In this document: positions 38,701 to 48,435 of the stretch, one piece after another
How the letters are laid out: every line of letters starts with the position of its first letter
Position numbering within the stretch: position 1 is the stretch's first letter
Source of the DNA: Bacteroidota bacterium
GTDB taxonomy: Bacteria > Bacteroidota > Bacteroidia > Bacteroidales > UBA12481
Reading direction: 5' to 3'
Length of the DNA stretch: 64,000 nt
NCBI GenBank assembly: GCA_043797975.1
Contig: JAZDPC010000055.1
Location: forward strand, 11,518-75,517
The notes under the pieces: model-generated
The model's database searches: none
Told to the model about the DNA's origin: nothing
Seen by the model: only the letters and a program-made list of their open reading frames with translations
Made by a program: the position numbers and the translations under genes

Positions 38701-38753
38701 TAGGGCCTGTTACCTTGGAGGGCAGAAGGCAGAAGGCAAAAGGCAAAAATTAG
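35748..38753 (+). CDS. GH106 alpha-L-rhamnosidase-like lipoprotein, paralog 1
   Basis: Lipobox FSAC, PPDSARPGVYWYF, HIDSWE, PMCEFW, AEGFT and a C-terminal beta-sandwich with EVANLW. Confidence 0.82.
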   Translation: MNAFRLSPFAFLLLLFSACSHNLTDPFEQAFLNPPDSARPGVYWYFMDGNMQKEAITGDLESMKQAGIGYVLFLEVNVGVPRGKVDMLSEEWQELFKHAVKECERLGIRLIMGSGPGWAGSGGPWVKPEQSMMHLMSSSVEVRGPSVYNKILAVPAPKTPIFGDQSVPENLKVIRDAWYKDVAVLAFPTPKVRKEISLIDEKALFYRQPYTSVEGVLPYLPTSATCEETPGASIDQDKIIDITDKMNPDGTLNWEAPPGKWTIIRFGTRNNGAVTRPAPVPGLGFEADKFDTAAFDAHYDAYIGKLIRKSDPQKSATGGGWTMIHIDSWEMGAQNWTPRFREEFQKRRGYDPLPFLPTYTGRIVGSEELSERFLWDVRQTGNELIVENHAERFRELGRRSGFRLSIEPYDMNPSADLDLGSVADVPMCEFWTDGHGFNSAFSCFESTSIAHIQGQPVVAAEGFTAWGDEAWKKYPGNMKNQSDWAFCVGINRVVYHTFAHKPYGDSLRPGVSMGPYGVHWDRGQTWWPMVPAYHTYMTRCQYVLSQGTYVADILYLTPEGAPQVFVPPLSATEGTEVMPDRRGFSFDGCSPKMLIRNAGVRDGRIVFPGGTSYSILVLPDIETMTPELLTKIGELAGEGARIIGNPPKKSPSLVGYPQCDSIVKSLAQNLWTGHAGIRTYGLEEGKKEIYPTYEYVADILRESGLIEDFTASGSIRYIHRSLPDREIYFISNRTDQKVKDTCVFRDGTMNAELWDAVTGEIRTLDEVAPVEGGVSLPVKLEPYQSYFVVFDVVKAKGERRKAKETSTPTLHTQTHTSLEGPWKVCFDTAWGGPEMIVFDTLSDWTTRPEPGIRFYSGIARYLITFDYPGSHADLRNSEFYLDLGTVKNLARVTMNGKELGTVWTAPWRVNITGALKKKDNHLEIEVANLWINRLIGDEAQPWDGIEKGRWPGWLLNGTPRPTGRYTFTSYRYYKAGDPLSSSGLIGPVTLEGRRQKAKGKN

Positions 38754-38918
38754 TAAGAGGGAAGAAGAAATAAGGAACAAGTGGTTATGCCTAACCCCGG
38801 ACTTCAGTCCGGGGGACTAGTCAACATACTTAGTATCAAAGAGAAGGGCAGAAGTATGGAACTTCTGCCCTAATTCTTTTTTCTTGTTACTAATTTCTGC
38901 CTTCTGCCTTCTGGCTTT
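38720..38918. repeat. Inverted heptamer-armed element (gene-less relative of 47850-48383) containing two internal hairpins
   Basis: Left arm ggcagaaggcagaaggcaaaaggcaaaaattagt...aagaaataaggaa, right arm actaatttctgccttctgcctt, internal ccccggact-tc-agtccgggg (38795-38814). Confidence 0.75.
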
Positions 38919-38926
38919 AGCGCAGT

Positions 38927-39328
38927 TTAGCCTCTTCCGCTGCGACGCGGGCCATCTTTGTAGCCACCGCCACTGCCCGGACCACGGTATCCACCGCTGC
39001 CACCACGGTTAAAACCACCACGGTCGCCGCCGCCATAACCGCCGCCGCGCGGACCGCCGCCGCCACCGAATCCGCTCTTGCGTTCGGGTTTATCCTCGGC
39101 TTTGTTCACAACGATTGACCGGCCTTCAACTTCGGAACCATTCAATTCTTCAATGGCCTTTTTAGCAGCTTCATCATCCGGCATTTCTACGAAACCGAAT
39201 CCTTTGCTCCTTCCGCTGATTTTATCGGTGATGACCTTCGCGGAACTGACTTCACCGTACGCTTCAAATATCTCCCTTAATTCGGCTTCTGTTAAACGAA
39301 AAGGAAGACTGCCAACAAATAGATTCAT
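38927..39328 (-). CDS. RRM RNA-binding protein with Gly/Arg-rich tail
   Basis: LFVGSL (RNP2) and KGFGFVEM (RNP1). Confidence 0.95.
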   Translation of the reverse strand: MNLFVGSLPFRLTEAELREIFEAYGEVSSAKVITDKISGRSKGFGFVEMPDDEAAKKAIEELNGSEVEGRSIVVNKAEDKPERKSGFGGGGGPRGGGYGGGDRGGFNRGGSGGYRGPGSGGGYKDGPRRSGRG

Positions 39329-39404
39329 GATAGATAAAATTTACGTTAGCTTAAAAAACAATTACCAACCCAAAGATAATAAAACTCTGATTATCCAACA
39401 GGTA

Positions 39405-39761
39405 TTACTTTCTCCTTTCAAGTTGCACGCTCACTGCCTTGATCTTTCCTCCCATCGGCGGATTAAGCTTTGATACCTTCACCGATGCGCGGTCCAGTTG
39501 GGGAAACGCTGCAAACAGCCGGTCGAGTATCCGGCGGGCGATATGTTCGAGCAGGTAACTCTTGCTTTTCATCTCTTCTTTCACCAGGTCGTAGGCGGTC
39601 TGGTAATTGAGAGTATCCCGGATATTATCTGTTTTACCGGGCTTTGAACAATCCGTTTCCAGTTCAAGGTCAACAATAAACCGGTTGCCAACGATACGTT
39701 CCTCCTCGTAACATCCGTGGAAGGAATAGAACTCCATCTGCTCAATACGGATCAGCCCCAT
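39405..39761 (-). CDS. folB: Dihydroneopterin aldolase
   Basis: FYSFHGCYEEER, TLNY, LLEH and VSKLNPP. Confidence 0.95.
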   Translation of the reverse strand: MGLIRIEQMEFYSFHGCYEEERIVGNRFIVDLELETDCSKPGKTDNIRDTLNYQTAYDLVKEEMKSKSYLLEHIARRILDRLFAAFPQLDRASVKVSKLNPPMGGKIKAVSVQLERRK

Positions 39762-39880
39762 TTAACTTCGATTTGCGGCCCGAAGATAAGTACACTAAGC
39801 GATTTCAACAAACCTTTGGATCACACGAACATTAACCGGCATTTAACTATTTTTAGTGCTGGTAATCTAACCTAAACCCG

Positions 39881-42800
39881 ATGAACCAAAGAACGATAGC
39901 TTCTTGTATGAAGGGTATCTCCCTGATAACCTTGATTTTAGTATCATCCTGCACCAATCAGTCCAATGACTGGCTGAAGACCGGATTTATACAGCCGCCT
40001 GACTCCGCCCGTCCCGGTGTTTACTGGTATATTCTTGACGGGAACCTCGATAAGGAAGAAATAACCGCCGACCTGGAATCGATGAAGAAAGCCGGCATCG
40101 GCTACGCTCTGTACCAGGAGGTCAGCAACACACCGCGCGGGAAGGTCGACTTTCTGAGCGAGGAATGGCAGGAACTCTACAAGCATATCGTTCGCGAAGG
40201 AGAGCGTCTCGGCATCCGGATCTCCCTTGGCAGCAGTCCGGGCTGGACCGGCAGCGGAGGCCCGTGGATCAAGCCGAGCCAGTCGATGCAGTCCCTGGTT
40301 GTCAGCTCCACCGAACTATCGGGACCAGGAACCATCACGGTCACCCTCCCGAAAGGCAGTCCAAAATATGCCTATCCCAATCCCCGGGCCATGAGCCAGG
40401 AGATCCGGGCAGCACGGGACGAATGGTACGAAGATGTTGCTGTGATTGCCATTCCTGCATGGCGCTTTCAGCCGTTCGATCAGGCTGATGACAAAGCGAT
40501 GTTCCATCGCGGCTTCTATTCCTGGATACCGGCGGTCGTTCCCTATTATATTCCGCGTGCGGAATATGCCGGTAAAGTTGCCGGTGCTGTGAATCTATCT
40601 GAAATAAAGGATATTACGAGTCTGTTAAAACCTGATGGCAGCATCACCTGGGAGGCTCCTCCGGGCAAGTGGACCCTCCTTCGATACGGCCGGCGGAGTA
40701 ATGGGTCTTATACTATGCCTGCACCGGCACCGGGATTGGGCCTGGAATGCGACAAGTTTGATTCCTTAGCCCTTAATGCGCACTATGACAGCTACTTAGC
40801 CAAGCTAATCAACAAGACACAACCGTTGAAAGTCACCGATGGCGGCGGATGGTACGGGATCCATATCGACAGCTGGGAGGTTGGATCACAGAACTGGTCG
40901 GGGAATTTCAGGGAAGAGTTCAGGAAAAGAAGGGGCTACGACCTGCTGCCATTCCTTCCGGTTTTTACCGGGCGGACAGTTGGGAACACCGGGCTAACCG
41001 AACGGTTTCTCTGGGATTTCCGCGAGACAAACAATGAACTGGTAGTCAATAATTATGCCGGGCAGTTGAGGAAACGAGGCCAGGCCAACGGTTTGGCGCT
41101 AAGTATTCAGGCCTACGACTCCAATCCCTCCGCCGATCTCGACCTGGGAAGTCAGGCGGATCTCCCGATGTGTGAATTCTGGAGCGAGGGATTCGTCACC
41201 TTCAATTCATCGTTCAGCTGCGTGGAAGCCGCCTCGATTGCTCATATCAATAACAGGACGATCGTATTGGCGGAAGCGTTCACGGCCAATGACACCGAAG
41301 CCTGGAGGAACTATCCGGCCATAATGAAGAACCAGGGCGACTGGGCACTGGCCACCGGGGTCAACCGCATGTATTTCCACACCTTCGCCCATAAAGCCCA
41401 TGGCGTTACCTACAAGCCCGGAATCACGCTGGGCCCCTGGGGCGTTCATTGGGACCGCAGCCAGACCTGGTGGCCGATGATAGGCGACTATCACCGTTAT
41501 ATCACCCGGTGCCAGTATATACTGTCACAGGGTAAGCCGGTGTCCGAAATCCTCTATCTCGCCGGCGAAGGGGCGCCCCATGCGTTCCGTCCGCCGCAAT
41601 CCGTTTTTGAGGGAGATACCCTGATGCCCGATCACAAAGGATATGCTTTCGATGGCTGCTCGCCTAAAAACCTGATGAAGACAGCGATCGTCAAGGATCA
41701 TCGTATCGTATTCCCGGGAGGAATTTCCTACGGACTGATGGTGCTGCCTGCTTTCGAGACCATGACTCCCGGGCTGCTCGCCTTTATTGAAGAAATGGTA
41801 AAAACCGGGGCTATCGTGACCGGCAACCCACCCAAAGGATCACCTTCGCTCACCGGTTATCCGGAGTGCGACGAACGCGTCAGGGAGCTTGCCCTGAAAC
41901 TCTGGGGAAGCTTTGAGATCCCCGGAACCATTACAGAACGGTCGTACGGCCAAGGGAAGATCTTCTGGGGAGGCGAACTCGACGTAACCGGCAAAATGGT
42001 CCCCTTCCCAAGCCTGCACAGCATGCCCTGGCCCGCTCTCTATCCGGACTATGATGCCACCGCCAAAATACTTCAGGCGCTGAAAATCAATCCCGATTTT
42101 ACCTCCGCGGGATCGGTCAGGTATGTCCATCGCACCCTGCCCGGACGGGAAGTCTATTTCATAGCCAACCGCACCGGAAAAGCGGTTGAAAAGACCTGTA
42201 CCTTCCGCGACGGAACCCTGTCGGCCGAACTGTGGGATGCGAACACAGGGGAAATTATTCCGTTGACGGAGCTCGCCGAAACCTCCGCAGGTATTGCGAT
42301 ACCAATAGAGTTCGCCGAGTATCAGAGCTTCTTTGTTGTCTTCAACTCTTCAAAGAATAAAGACGAAAGAATAAAGAATAAAGAGCCTTTTGTAAAGACT
42401 GAAGAACAAAGATCAGAGATTAAAACCCTGGCAACCCTTGAAGGTTCATGGGAAGTATCTTTTGATCCCAATTGGGGCGGTCCCGAGTCAGTCGTGTTTG
42501 AGTCGCTTACTGATTGGACTAAGCGGCCGGAAGAGGGAATAAAATACTATTCCGGAATTGCTACGTATAGTAAGACCTTTGACTTAAGCAACAATATAAA
42601 TCGGGATAAAAACAACAGGATTTACCTGAACCTGGGAGTTGTCAAAAACATGGCACGTGTCAGGCTGAACGGGAAGGACCTGGGGGTGATATGGTGCGCA
42701 CCGTGGCAGGTGGAGATCACGCAAGCCGTGAAAGCCAGGGGGAACAAACTGGAGATCGAAGTGGCGAACCTGTGGACCAACCGGCTGATCGGCGATGAGA

Positions 42801-42970
42801 ATGAGCCCGACGACGGAGTGATCGACGGCAAGTGGCCCGAATGGCTGCTGAACGGCACCCGGCGTCCTATAAAGCGGTACACTTTTACCACCTATCATTA
42901 TTATAAGAAAGGGGATCCCTTGATTGAATCGGGACTGATGGGTCCTGTAACCATTCGGAACACCCGATGA
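39881..42970 (+). CDS. GH106 alpha-L-rhamnosidase-like lipoprotein, paralog 2
   Basis: Lipobox VSSC and the same motifs as paralog 1. Confidence 0.82.
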   Translation: MNQRTIASCMKGISLITLILVSSCTNQSNDWLKTGFIQPPDSARPGVYWYILDGNLDKEEITADLESMKKAGIGYALYQEVSNTPRGKVDFLSEEWQELYKHIVREGERLGIRISLGSSPGWTGSGGPWIKPSQSMQSLVVSSTELSGPGTITVTLPKGSPKYAYPNPRAMSQEIRAARDEWYEDVAVIAIPAWRFQPFDQADDKAMFHRGFYSWIPAVVPYYIPRAEYAGKVAGAVNLSEIKDITSLLKPDGSITWEAPPGKWTLLRYGRRSNGSYTMPAPAPGLGLECDKFDSLALNAHYDSYLAKLINKTQPLKVTDGGGWYGIHIDSWEVGSQNWSGNFREEFRKRRGYDLLPFLPVFTGRTVGNTGLTERFLWDFRETNNELVVNNYAGQLRKRGQANGLALSIQAYDSNPSADLDLGSQADLPMCEFWSEGFVTFNSSFSCVEAASIAHINNRTIVLAEAFTANDTEAWRNYPAIMKNQGDWALATGVNRMYFHTFAHKAHGVTYKPGITLGPWGVHWDRSQTWWPMIGDYHRYITRCQYILSQGKPVSEILYLAGEGAPHAFRPPQSVFEGDTLMPDHKGYAFDGCSPKNLMKTAIVKDHRIVFPGGISYGLMVLPAFETMTPGLLAFIEEMVKTGAIVTGNPPKGSPSLTGYPECDERVRELALKLWGSFEIPGTITERSYGQGKIFWGGELDVTGKMVPFPSLHSMPWPALYPDYDATAKILQALKINPDFTSAGSVRYVHRTLPGREVYFIANRTGKAVEKTCTFRDGTLSAELWDANTGEIIPLTELAETSAGIAIPIEFAEYQSFFVVFNSSKNKDERIKNKEPFVKTEEQRSEIKTLATLEGSWEVSFDPNWGGPESVVFESLTDWTKRPEEGIKYYSGIATYSKTFDLSNNINRDKNNRIYLNLGVVKNMARVRLNGKDLGVIWCAPWQVEITQAVKARGNKLEIEVANLWTNRLIGDENEPDDGVIDGKWPEWLLNGTRRPIKRYTFTTYHYYKKGDPLIESGLMGPVTIRNTR

Positions 42971-43010
42971 CCTGAACACTGCCAGTATTAAAAACACACT
43001 GAAAATCGAA

Positions 43011-46000
43011 ATGATGAAATCACTTCCTTCTATCCGTTGGGGGCAACTGATCTGCCTGTCGATCTGCGCCTTGGCAATAAGCTGCAAGCCTGTGGAAAAG
43101 GACTGGCTGAAAGCCGGTTTCCTGGAGCCACCCGATTCGGCCAAGCCGGGTGTTTACTGGTATTTTCTCGATGGGAACCTCGACAAGGAACAGATGACCG
43201 CCGACCTGGAATCCATGAAAAAAGCCGGTCTGGGTTATGCCCTCTTTTTGGAAGTCAACCAGGGATTACCGCGCGGAACGGTTGATTTCCTGTCGCCCAA
43301 ATGGCAGGAACTTTTCACCCATGCCGTCCGTGGAGGTGAGCGGCTGGGCATCAGGATCCTGCTTGGAACCGGTCCCGGCTGGACGGGCAGCGGCGGTCCA
43401 TGGGTGAAGCCGGAACAATCGATGCAATACCTGGTCACCAGCTCGGTACAAGCCATGGGACCCATCACCTTTAAAGGACAATTGCCGGTACCCGGACCGA
43501 AATATCCCCTCATTACTCCCAAGGATCTTCCTGATTCAGTAAGAATTCAGCGTGAGAACTGGTATGAGGATGTAGTGACGCTGGCATTCCCTTCACCGGC
43601 AGTTAAAAAACTGGTCGACAGCATTGATTTCAAGGCTCTGTATATCAGGGGCTGGTATTCATCTCAGGATAAGGTGGTGCCTTTCTACCCCGCTCCGGTT
43701 AATTACAAGGATACACCCGGATCATCGGTTGACCCGGGCTCCGTCATCGATCTGACGGATAAGATCAAATCCGACGGAACCCTTGAATGGGAGGTTCCGG
43801 CAGGCAGGTGGACGATCATGCGGTTCGGCCGGAGGAATAACGGTATCCTTACCCGTCCTGCCCCCGTACCGGGATTGGGGCTGGAATCCGACAAGTTCGA
43901 TACTGCATCGGTCATTGCTCATTATCAGGCTTATATAGGAAAACTGGTTGAAAAGGTTAAGCCCAGGAAGGTTGCATCGGGCGGAGGCTGGACCATGCTT
44001 CATTTCGACAGCTGGGAGATCGGGCCACAGAACTGGACGAGGGATTTCCGCGAGGAGTTCCGGAGCCGGAGAGGGTATGATCCTACACCCTATCTTCCTG
44101 CCTATACCGGACTGATCATCGGGAGCCTGGAAAAGACCGAGCGTTTTCTCTGGGATGTTCGCCGGACATCACAAGAGCTGGTTGTTGAGAACCATGGGCG
44201 GAAGATCAGGGAGCTGGGGCAGAAGGATGGTTTAGGTTTCTCCATCCAGCCTTATGACCAGAATCCTGCCGGTGATCTCGACTGGGGCGGCGAAGCCACC
44301 GTGCCGAGTTGTGAATTCTGGAGCGACGGAACCTGCTTTGTGACAACCTACAGCTGCATCGAGGCTACTTCCATTGCCCACACGCTTGGCAAGCCGGTTG
44401 TCCAGGCCGAAGCTTTTACGGCCTGTGACGAAGAGGCATGGAAAGTGTATCCAACCCTGATGAAAAACCAGAGCGACTGGGCTTTTGCAATGGGCATCAA
44501 CCGGTTCCTGTATCATACTTTCGTGCATAAAGCCCATGGAGATAAGTATCCGCCCGATATTCCGCTCGGCGAGTGGGGATTGCATTACGACCGCCTGCAG
44601 ACCTGGTGGCCGATGGCCGTTGATTATCACCGGTATGTTGCCCGGTGCCAGTATGTGTTATCGCAGGGAACAGCCGTTTCGGAGATTCTGTACCTGACTC
44701 CCGAAGGAGCGCCGAATGCTTTCAGGGCTCCGGTTTCCGCTACTGAAGGGACAAGGGTACTGCTCGACAAAAAAGGCTATTCGTTCGACGGATGCTCTCC
44801 CGTTCACCTGATGGAAAAGGCAACCGTGAAAGATCACCGGATCGTGTTCCCGGGCGGTACATCTTATGGGCTTTTGGTCCTTCCCTATTTTGAAACCATG
44901 ACCCCCGAACTGCTCGCTAAAATCCAGTCACTGGTTAATGACGGCGCTATAGTTGTGGGTCCGCCCCCTGTGAAGTCGCCCTCGCTGGCAAACTACCCGG
45001 ACTGTGACAAACAGGTTGCGGATCTGTCCACTAAAATATGGGGTACCCTGGATATCCCGGCCGAAATGACAGAGAAAACATTTGGCCAGGGAAAATTGTA
45101 CTGGGGCGGCGAACTGATCGTCCGCGACTCCGGCGAGCATTATCCGGCATATGACCTGACCGCCAAGATCCTTCATAAGCTGGACGTCCGGCCCGATTTC
45201 ACTTCAGAAGGATCCGTCAGGTACATCCACCACTCTTTGCCCGACCGGGAGATCTATTTCATTTCCAACCGTACCGAAAAGCCGGTAACAGAGACCTGCA
45301 CTTTCCGCGACGGAACCTTCTCTGCCGAATTGTGGGACGCCAATACGGGAGAGATCAGGACGGTGCAAAACCTGACTGCCACCCATGAGGGTATTGAAAT
45401 CGACATTGAGTTTGCCGAGTACCAGAGTTACTTCGTGGTTTTCATGACTGAAGAACACAGCTCGAAGGAGAAAGGAGAAAGGAGAAAGGAGAAAGATACT
45501 TATACTCCCCTCTCCCGCGACCAGCGGGAGCGCGGGAGAGGGGCCGGGGGTGAGGTACTTTCCGGTTCGTGGACCGTTTCGTTTGATCCTCGCTGGGGAG
45601 GACCGGAATCGGTTGTTTTTGAGATGCTTACTGATTGGACTCAGCGGCCGGAAGAGGGAATAAAAAACTATTCCGGGATCGCAACCTATAGTAAGACCTT
45701 TGATTTAGGCGATGATATCAATCGGGATAAAAATATCAGGATTTATCTGAACCTGGGTGTTGTTAAGAACATGGCGAGGGTATGGCTGAACGGGAAGGAC
45801 CTGGGGGTGGTATGGTGCGCTCCGTGGCAGGTAGAGATCACGAAAGCAGTAAAAGCAAAAGGAAACAAGCTGAAGATCGGGGTTGCGAACCTGTGGCCCA
45901 ACAGGATGATCGGCGACGAGAACGAACCCTATGACGGCGTCGTTGACAACAAGTGGCCCGATTGGCTCCTGAACGGCACACCGCGCCCGACCAGGCGATA

Positions 46001-46100
46001 TACCTTTACTACTTACCGCTATTATAAAAAGGGCGATCCGCTGCTGCAGTCGGGATTACTGGGGCCTGTGAGCATCAGTGCCAGCTGGTTGCGGAACTGA
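43011..46100 (+). CDS. GH106 alpha-L-rhamnosidase-like lipoprotein, paralog 3
   Basis: Lipobox AISC, HFDSWE, PSCEFW and AEAFT. Confidence 0.82.
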   Translation: MMKSLPSIRWGQLICLSICALAISCKPVEKDWLKAGFLEPPDSAKPGVYWYFLDGNLDKEQMTADLESMKKAGLGYALFLEVNQGLPRGTVDFLSPKWQELFTHAVRGGERLGIRILLGTGPGWTGSGGPWVKPEQSMQYLVTSSVQAMGPITFKGQLPVPGPKYPLITPKDLPDSVRIQRENWYEDVVTLAFPSPAVKKLVDSIDFKALYIRGWYSSQDKVVPFYPAPVNYKDTPGSSVDPGSVIDLTDKIKSDGTLEWEVPAGRWTIMRFGRRNNGILTRPAPVPGLGLESDKFDTASVIAHYQAYIGKLVEKVKPRKVASGGGWTMLHFDSWEIGPQNWTRDFREEFRSRRGYDPTPYLPAYTGLIIGSLEKTERFLWDVRRTSQELVVENHGRKIRELGQKDGLGFSIQPYDQNPAGDLDWGGEATVPSCEFWSDGTCFVTTYSCIEATSIAHTLGKPVVQAEAFTACDEEAWKVYPTLMKNQSDWAFAMGINRFLYHTFVHKAHGDKYPPDIPLGEWGLHYDRLQTWWPMAVDYHRYVARCQYVLSQGTAVSEILYLTPEGAPNAFRAPVSATEGTRVLLDKKGYSFDGCSPVHLMEKATVKDHRIVFPGGTSYGLLVLPYFETMTPELLAKIQSLVNDGAIVVGPPPVKSPSLANYPDCDKQVADLSTKIWGTLDIPAEMTEKTFGQGKLYWGGELIVRDSGEHYPAYDLTAKILHKLDVRPDFTSEGSVRYIHHSLPDREIYFISNRTEKPVTETCTFRDGTFSAELWDANTGEIRTVQNLTATHEGIEIDIEFAEYQSYFVVFMTEEHSSKEKGERRKEKDTYTPLSRDQRERGRGAGGEVLSGSWTVSFDPRWGGPESVVFEMLTDWTQRPEEGIKNYSGIATYSKTFDLGDDINRDKNIRIYLNLGVVKNMARVWLNGKDLGVVWCAPWQVEITKAVKAKGNKLKIGVANLWPNRMIGDENEPYDGVVDNKWPDWLLNGTPRPTRRYTFTTYRYYKKGDPLLQSGLLGPVSISASWLRN

Positions 46101-46156
46101 AAAGATGAGCCGGAAACAACTATCTTTGCTCCGTTTCTTCAAATTCATCTGAGATT

Positions 46157-47851
46157 ATGAGTGACGAAAAAGATATGCCGAAAACCGATGAACCGCGGGT
46201 ACTGAATTTCATCGAGCAAATTGTTGAGGAGGACCTGAAATCCGGTAAGCACGGAGGCCGCATCCAGACGCGGTTTCCGCCCGAGCCCAATGGTTACCTG
46301 CATATCGGTCACGCCAAGGCATTCTGCCTTGATTTTGGCATTGCCAGGGAATACGGCGGGAAATGCAATTTGCGCTTCGATGATACCAATCCGGTCACGG
46401 AGGATACCTCTTATGTCGATGCTATCCGCAAGGATATCAAATGGATGGGATTTGACTGGGAGGACCGGGAGTTTTATGCTTCCGACTATTTCGACCATTT
46501 GTATGAATTCGCCATCAGGCTGATCAAAAAAGGCAAGGCATACGTATGCGAGCTTTCGGCCGATGAGGTGAATGCCACGCGGGGCACCGATTTTGAGCCT
46601 GATAAGCCCAGTCCGTACCGCGACCGACCCATTGAAGAAAGCCTGGATCTCTTTATCCGGATGAAGAACGGTGAGTTCCCGAACGATTCCATGACATTAA
46701 GGGCGAAAATCGATCTCGCCTCGAAAAACATGCACATGCGCGACCCGATCCTGTACCGGATCCGTCATGCCCACCATCACCGCACTGGCGACAAGTGGTG
46801 TATCTACCCGATGTACGACTGGGCCCACGGGCAGAGCGACTCTATCGAAGGGATCACCCATTCGCTGTGCACACTGGAATTCGTTCCTCACCGCCCGCTT
46901 TATGAGTGGTTTATCAAGGAATTGGAGATCTTCCCCAGCCGGCAGATCGAGTTTGCCCGCCTGAACCTCAGCTATACCATCATGAGCAAGCGCAAACTGC
47001 TGCAGCTCGTGAACGAGGGACATGTCAGCGGATGGGATGATCCCCGCATGCCTACCCTGCATGGATTAAGACGCAGAGGTTATACACCGGAATCCATCAG
47101 GAACTTTGCCGAGCTTGTGGGCATTGCCAAACGAGAGAACGTCATTGATGTGGCCCTGCTGGAATATTGCGTCAGGGAAGATCTGAACAAGCGCGCACCC
47201 CGCGTGATGGCTGTGTTGAATCCTGTGAAACTGGTCATCGACAATTATCCCGAAGGAAAAACCGAACAGCTCGAGACAATCAATAACCCGGAAGACGAAT
47301 CCATGGGTACCCGGATGCTACAGTTCTCGCGTGAGCTGTATATCGAGCGGGATGACTTCATGGAAGAGCCTCCGAAGAAATTCTTCCGCCTGTCTCCCGG
47401 CAACGAGGTACGATTAAAATCAGCCTATATCATTAAAGGCGAATCGGTTGAAAAGGATTCCGATGGCAATATCACCGTCATCCATTGCACCTACGATCCG
47501 CTCAGTCTCAGCGGCTCGGAGGAAGCAAAACGGAAAGTCAGGGGAACCCTTCACTGGGTATCGGCCCCGCATGCCCTGGATGCCGAGGTAAGGTTGTATG
47601 ACCGCCTCTTCAATGATCCGGATCCGGATGGCCATAAGGACCGGAACTTCAAGGAATTTCTGAATCCCGATTCGCTCCAGATACTCACCCATTGCAAAGT
47701 CGAAGCGTCCCTGAAAGAAACCAAAGAGCTCGATCATCTGCAGTTCACCCGCATCGGCTATTTCAGTGTCGATTCCGACAGCACGCCCGGGTATCCGGTG
47801 TTCAACCGGACGGTGGGACTGAAGGATGCATGGGCGAAACAGAATACTTAA
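46157..47851 (+). CDS. glnS: Glutaminyl-tRNA synthetase
   Basis: [21 protein letters not shown] and [10 protein letters not shown]. Confidence 0.97.
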   Translation: MSDEKDMPKTDEPRVLNFIEQIVEEDLKSGKHGGRIQTRFPPEPNGYLHIGHAKAFCLDFGIAREYGGKCNLRFDDTNPVTEDTSYVDAIRKDIKWMGFDWEDREFYASDYFDHLYEFAIRLIKKGKAYVCELSADEVNATRGTDFEPDKPSPYRDRPIEESLDLFIRMKNGEFPNDSMTLRAKIDLASKNMHMRDPILYRIRHAHHHRTGDKWCIYPMYDWAHGQSDSIEGITHSLCTLEFVPHRPLYEWFIKELEIFPSRQIEFARLNLSYTIMSKRKLLQLVNEGHVSGWDDPRMPTLHGLRRRGYTPESIRNFAELVGIAKRENVIDVALLEYCVREDLNKRAPRVMAVLNPVKLVIDNYPEGKTEQLETINNPEDESMGTRMLQFSRELYIERDDFMEEPPKKFFRLSPGNEVRLKSAYIIKGESVEKDSDGNITVIHCTYDPLSLSGSEEAKRKVRGTLHWVSAPHALDAEVRLYDRLFNDPDPDGHKDRNFKEFLNPDSLQILTHCKVEASLKETKELDHLQFTRIGYFSVDSDSTPGYPVFNRTVGLKDAWAKQNT

Positions 47852-48383
47852 GGCAGAGGGCAGAGGGCAAAAATTAGTCATAAGAGAGAGGAATTAGGAA
47901 AAAAGGTAGAGTTTTGATACTTACTTTTTGCTTTGAGGGTCGGTCTTTTTGCAGATAGTGCTTAGGATTTTTACTAATTCTTCGGATTCTCTGTACATCT
48001 CCTGTAGATGTTCAACCTTGACATTGGATTCGCTTAGGAAGCAAATCCAATATTGAGATTCTTTCAATTCCTTCAAGGCAATCCTGACCTTATTGTGAAA
48101 GTCCTTGCCGGAGCTTGCCGATTGAGCTTCGGAATAATTTGCTCCTGTTGATGTTGCGGAGCGAACGAGCTGAGACGCAATACCAGAAAGGAGAGGATCG
48201 TTCTTGATTCCCTGTATTTGCTGATAAACCGTCACCGAAAACCGGACAAGCCTTATCTGTAAGGTATTCATAAATGTATAGATATAGTCTGAAGATATAG
48301 ATGCCACTCCAAACCCAAAATGGAGACTTCATTCCTTATTTCTTGAGTCTTAAGACTAATTTTTGCCTTCTGCCTACTGCCTT
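47850..48383. mobile_element. IVS-like unit: four-helix-bundle gene between ~50-bp inverted heptamer-containing arms
   Basis: 47850-47900 aaggcagagggcagagggcaaaaattagtcataaga... versus the reverse complement of 48332-48383, aaggcagtaggcagaaggcaaaaattagtcttaaga... Confidence 0.65.
47921..48271 (-). CDS. Four helix bundle protein (TIGR02436 / 23S rRNA IVS-protein / Avd-like)
   Basis: QLVRSATSTGANYSEA...DFHNKVRIALKELKESQYW. Confidence 0.9.
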   Translation of the reverse strand: MNTLQIRLVRFSVTVYQQIQGIKNDPLLSGIASQLVRSATSTGANYSEAQSASSGKDFHNKVRIALKELKESQYWICFLSESNVKVEHLQEMYRESEELVKILSTICKKTDPQSKK

Positions 48384-48435
48384 GAAATGTAATGATTCCC
48401 CGTTTCATGCGTATTAACAATTGAACTGATATTGC

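Noticed and set aside
47921..48271. Avd-like gene as a sign of a diversity-generating retroelement
   Set aside because: No reverse transcriptase and no TR/VR pair with adenine-specific mismatches were seen in the window.
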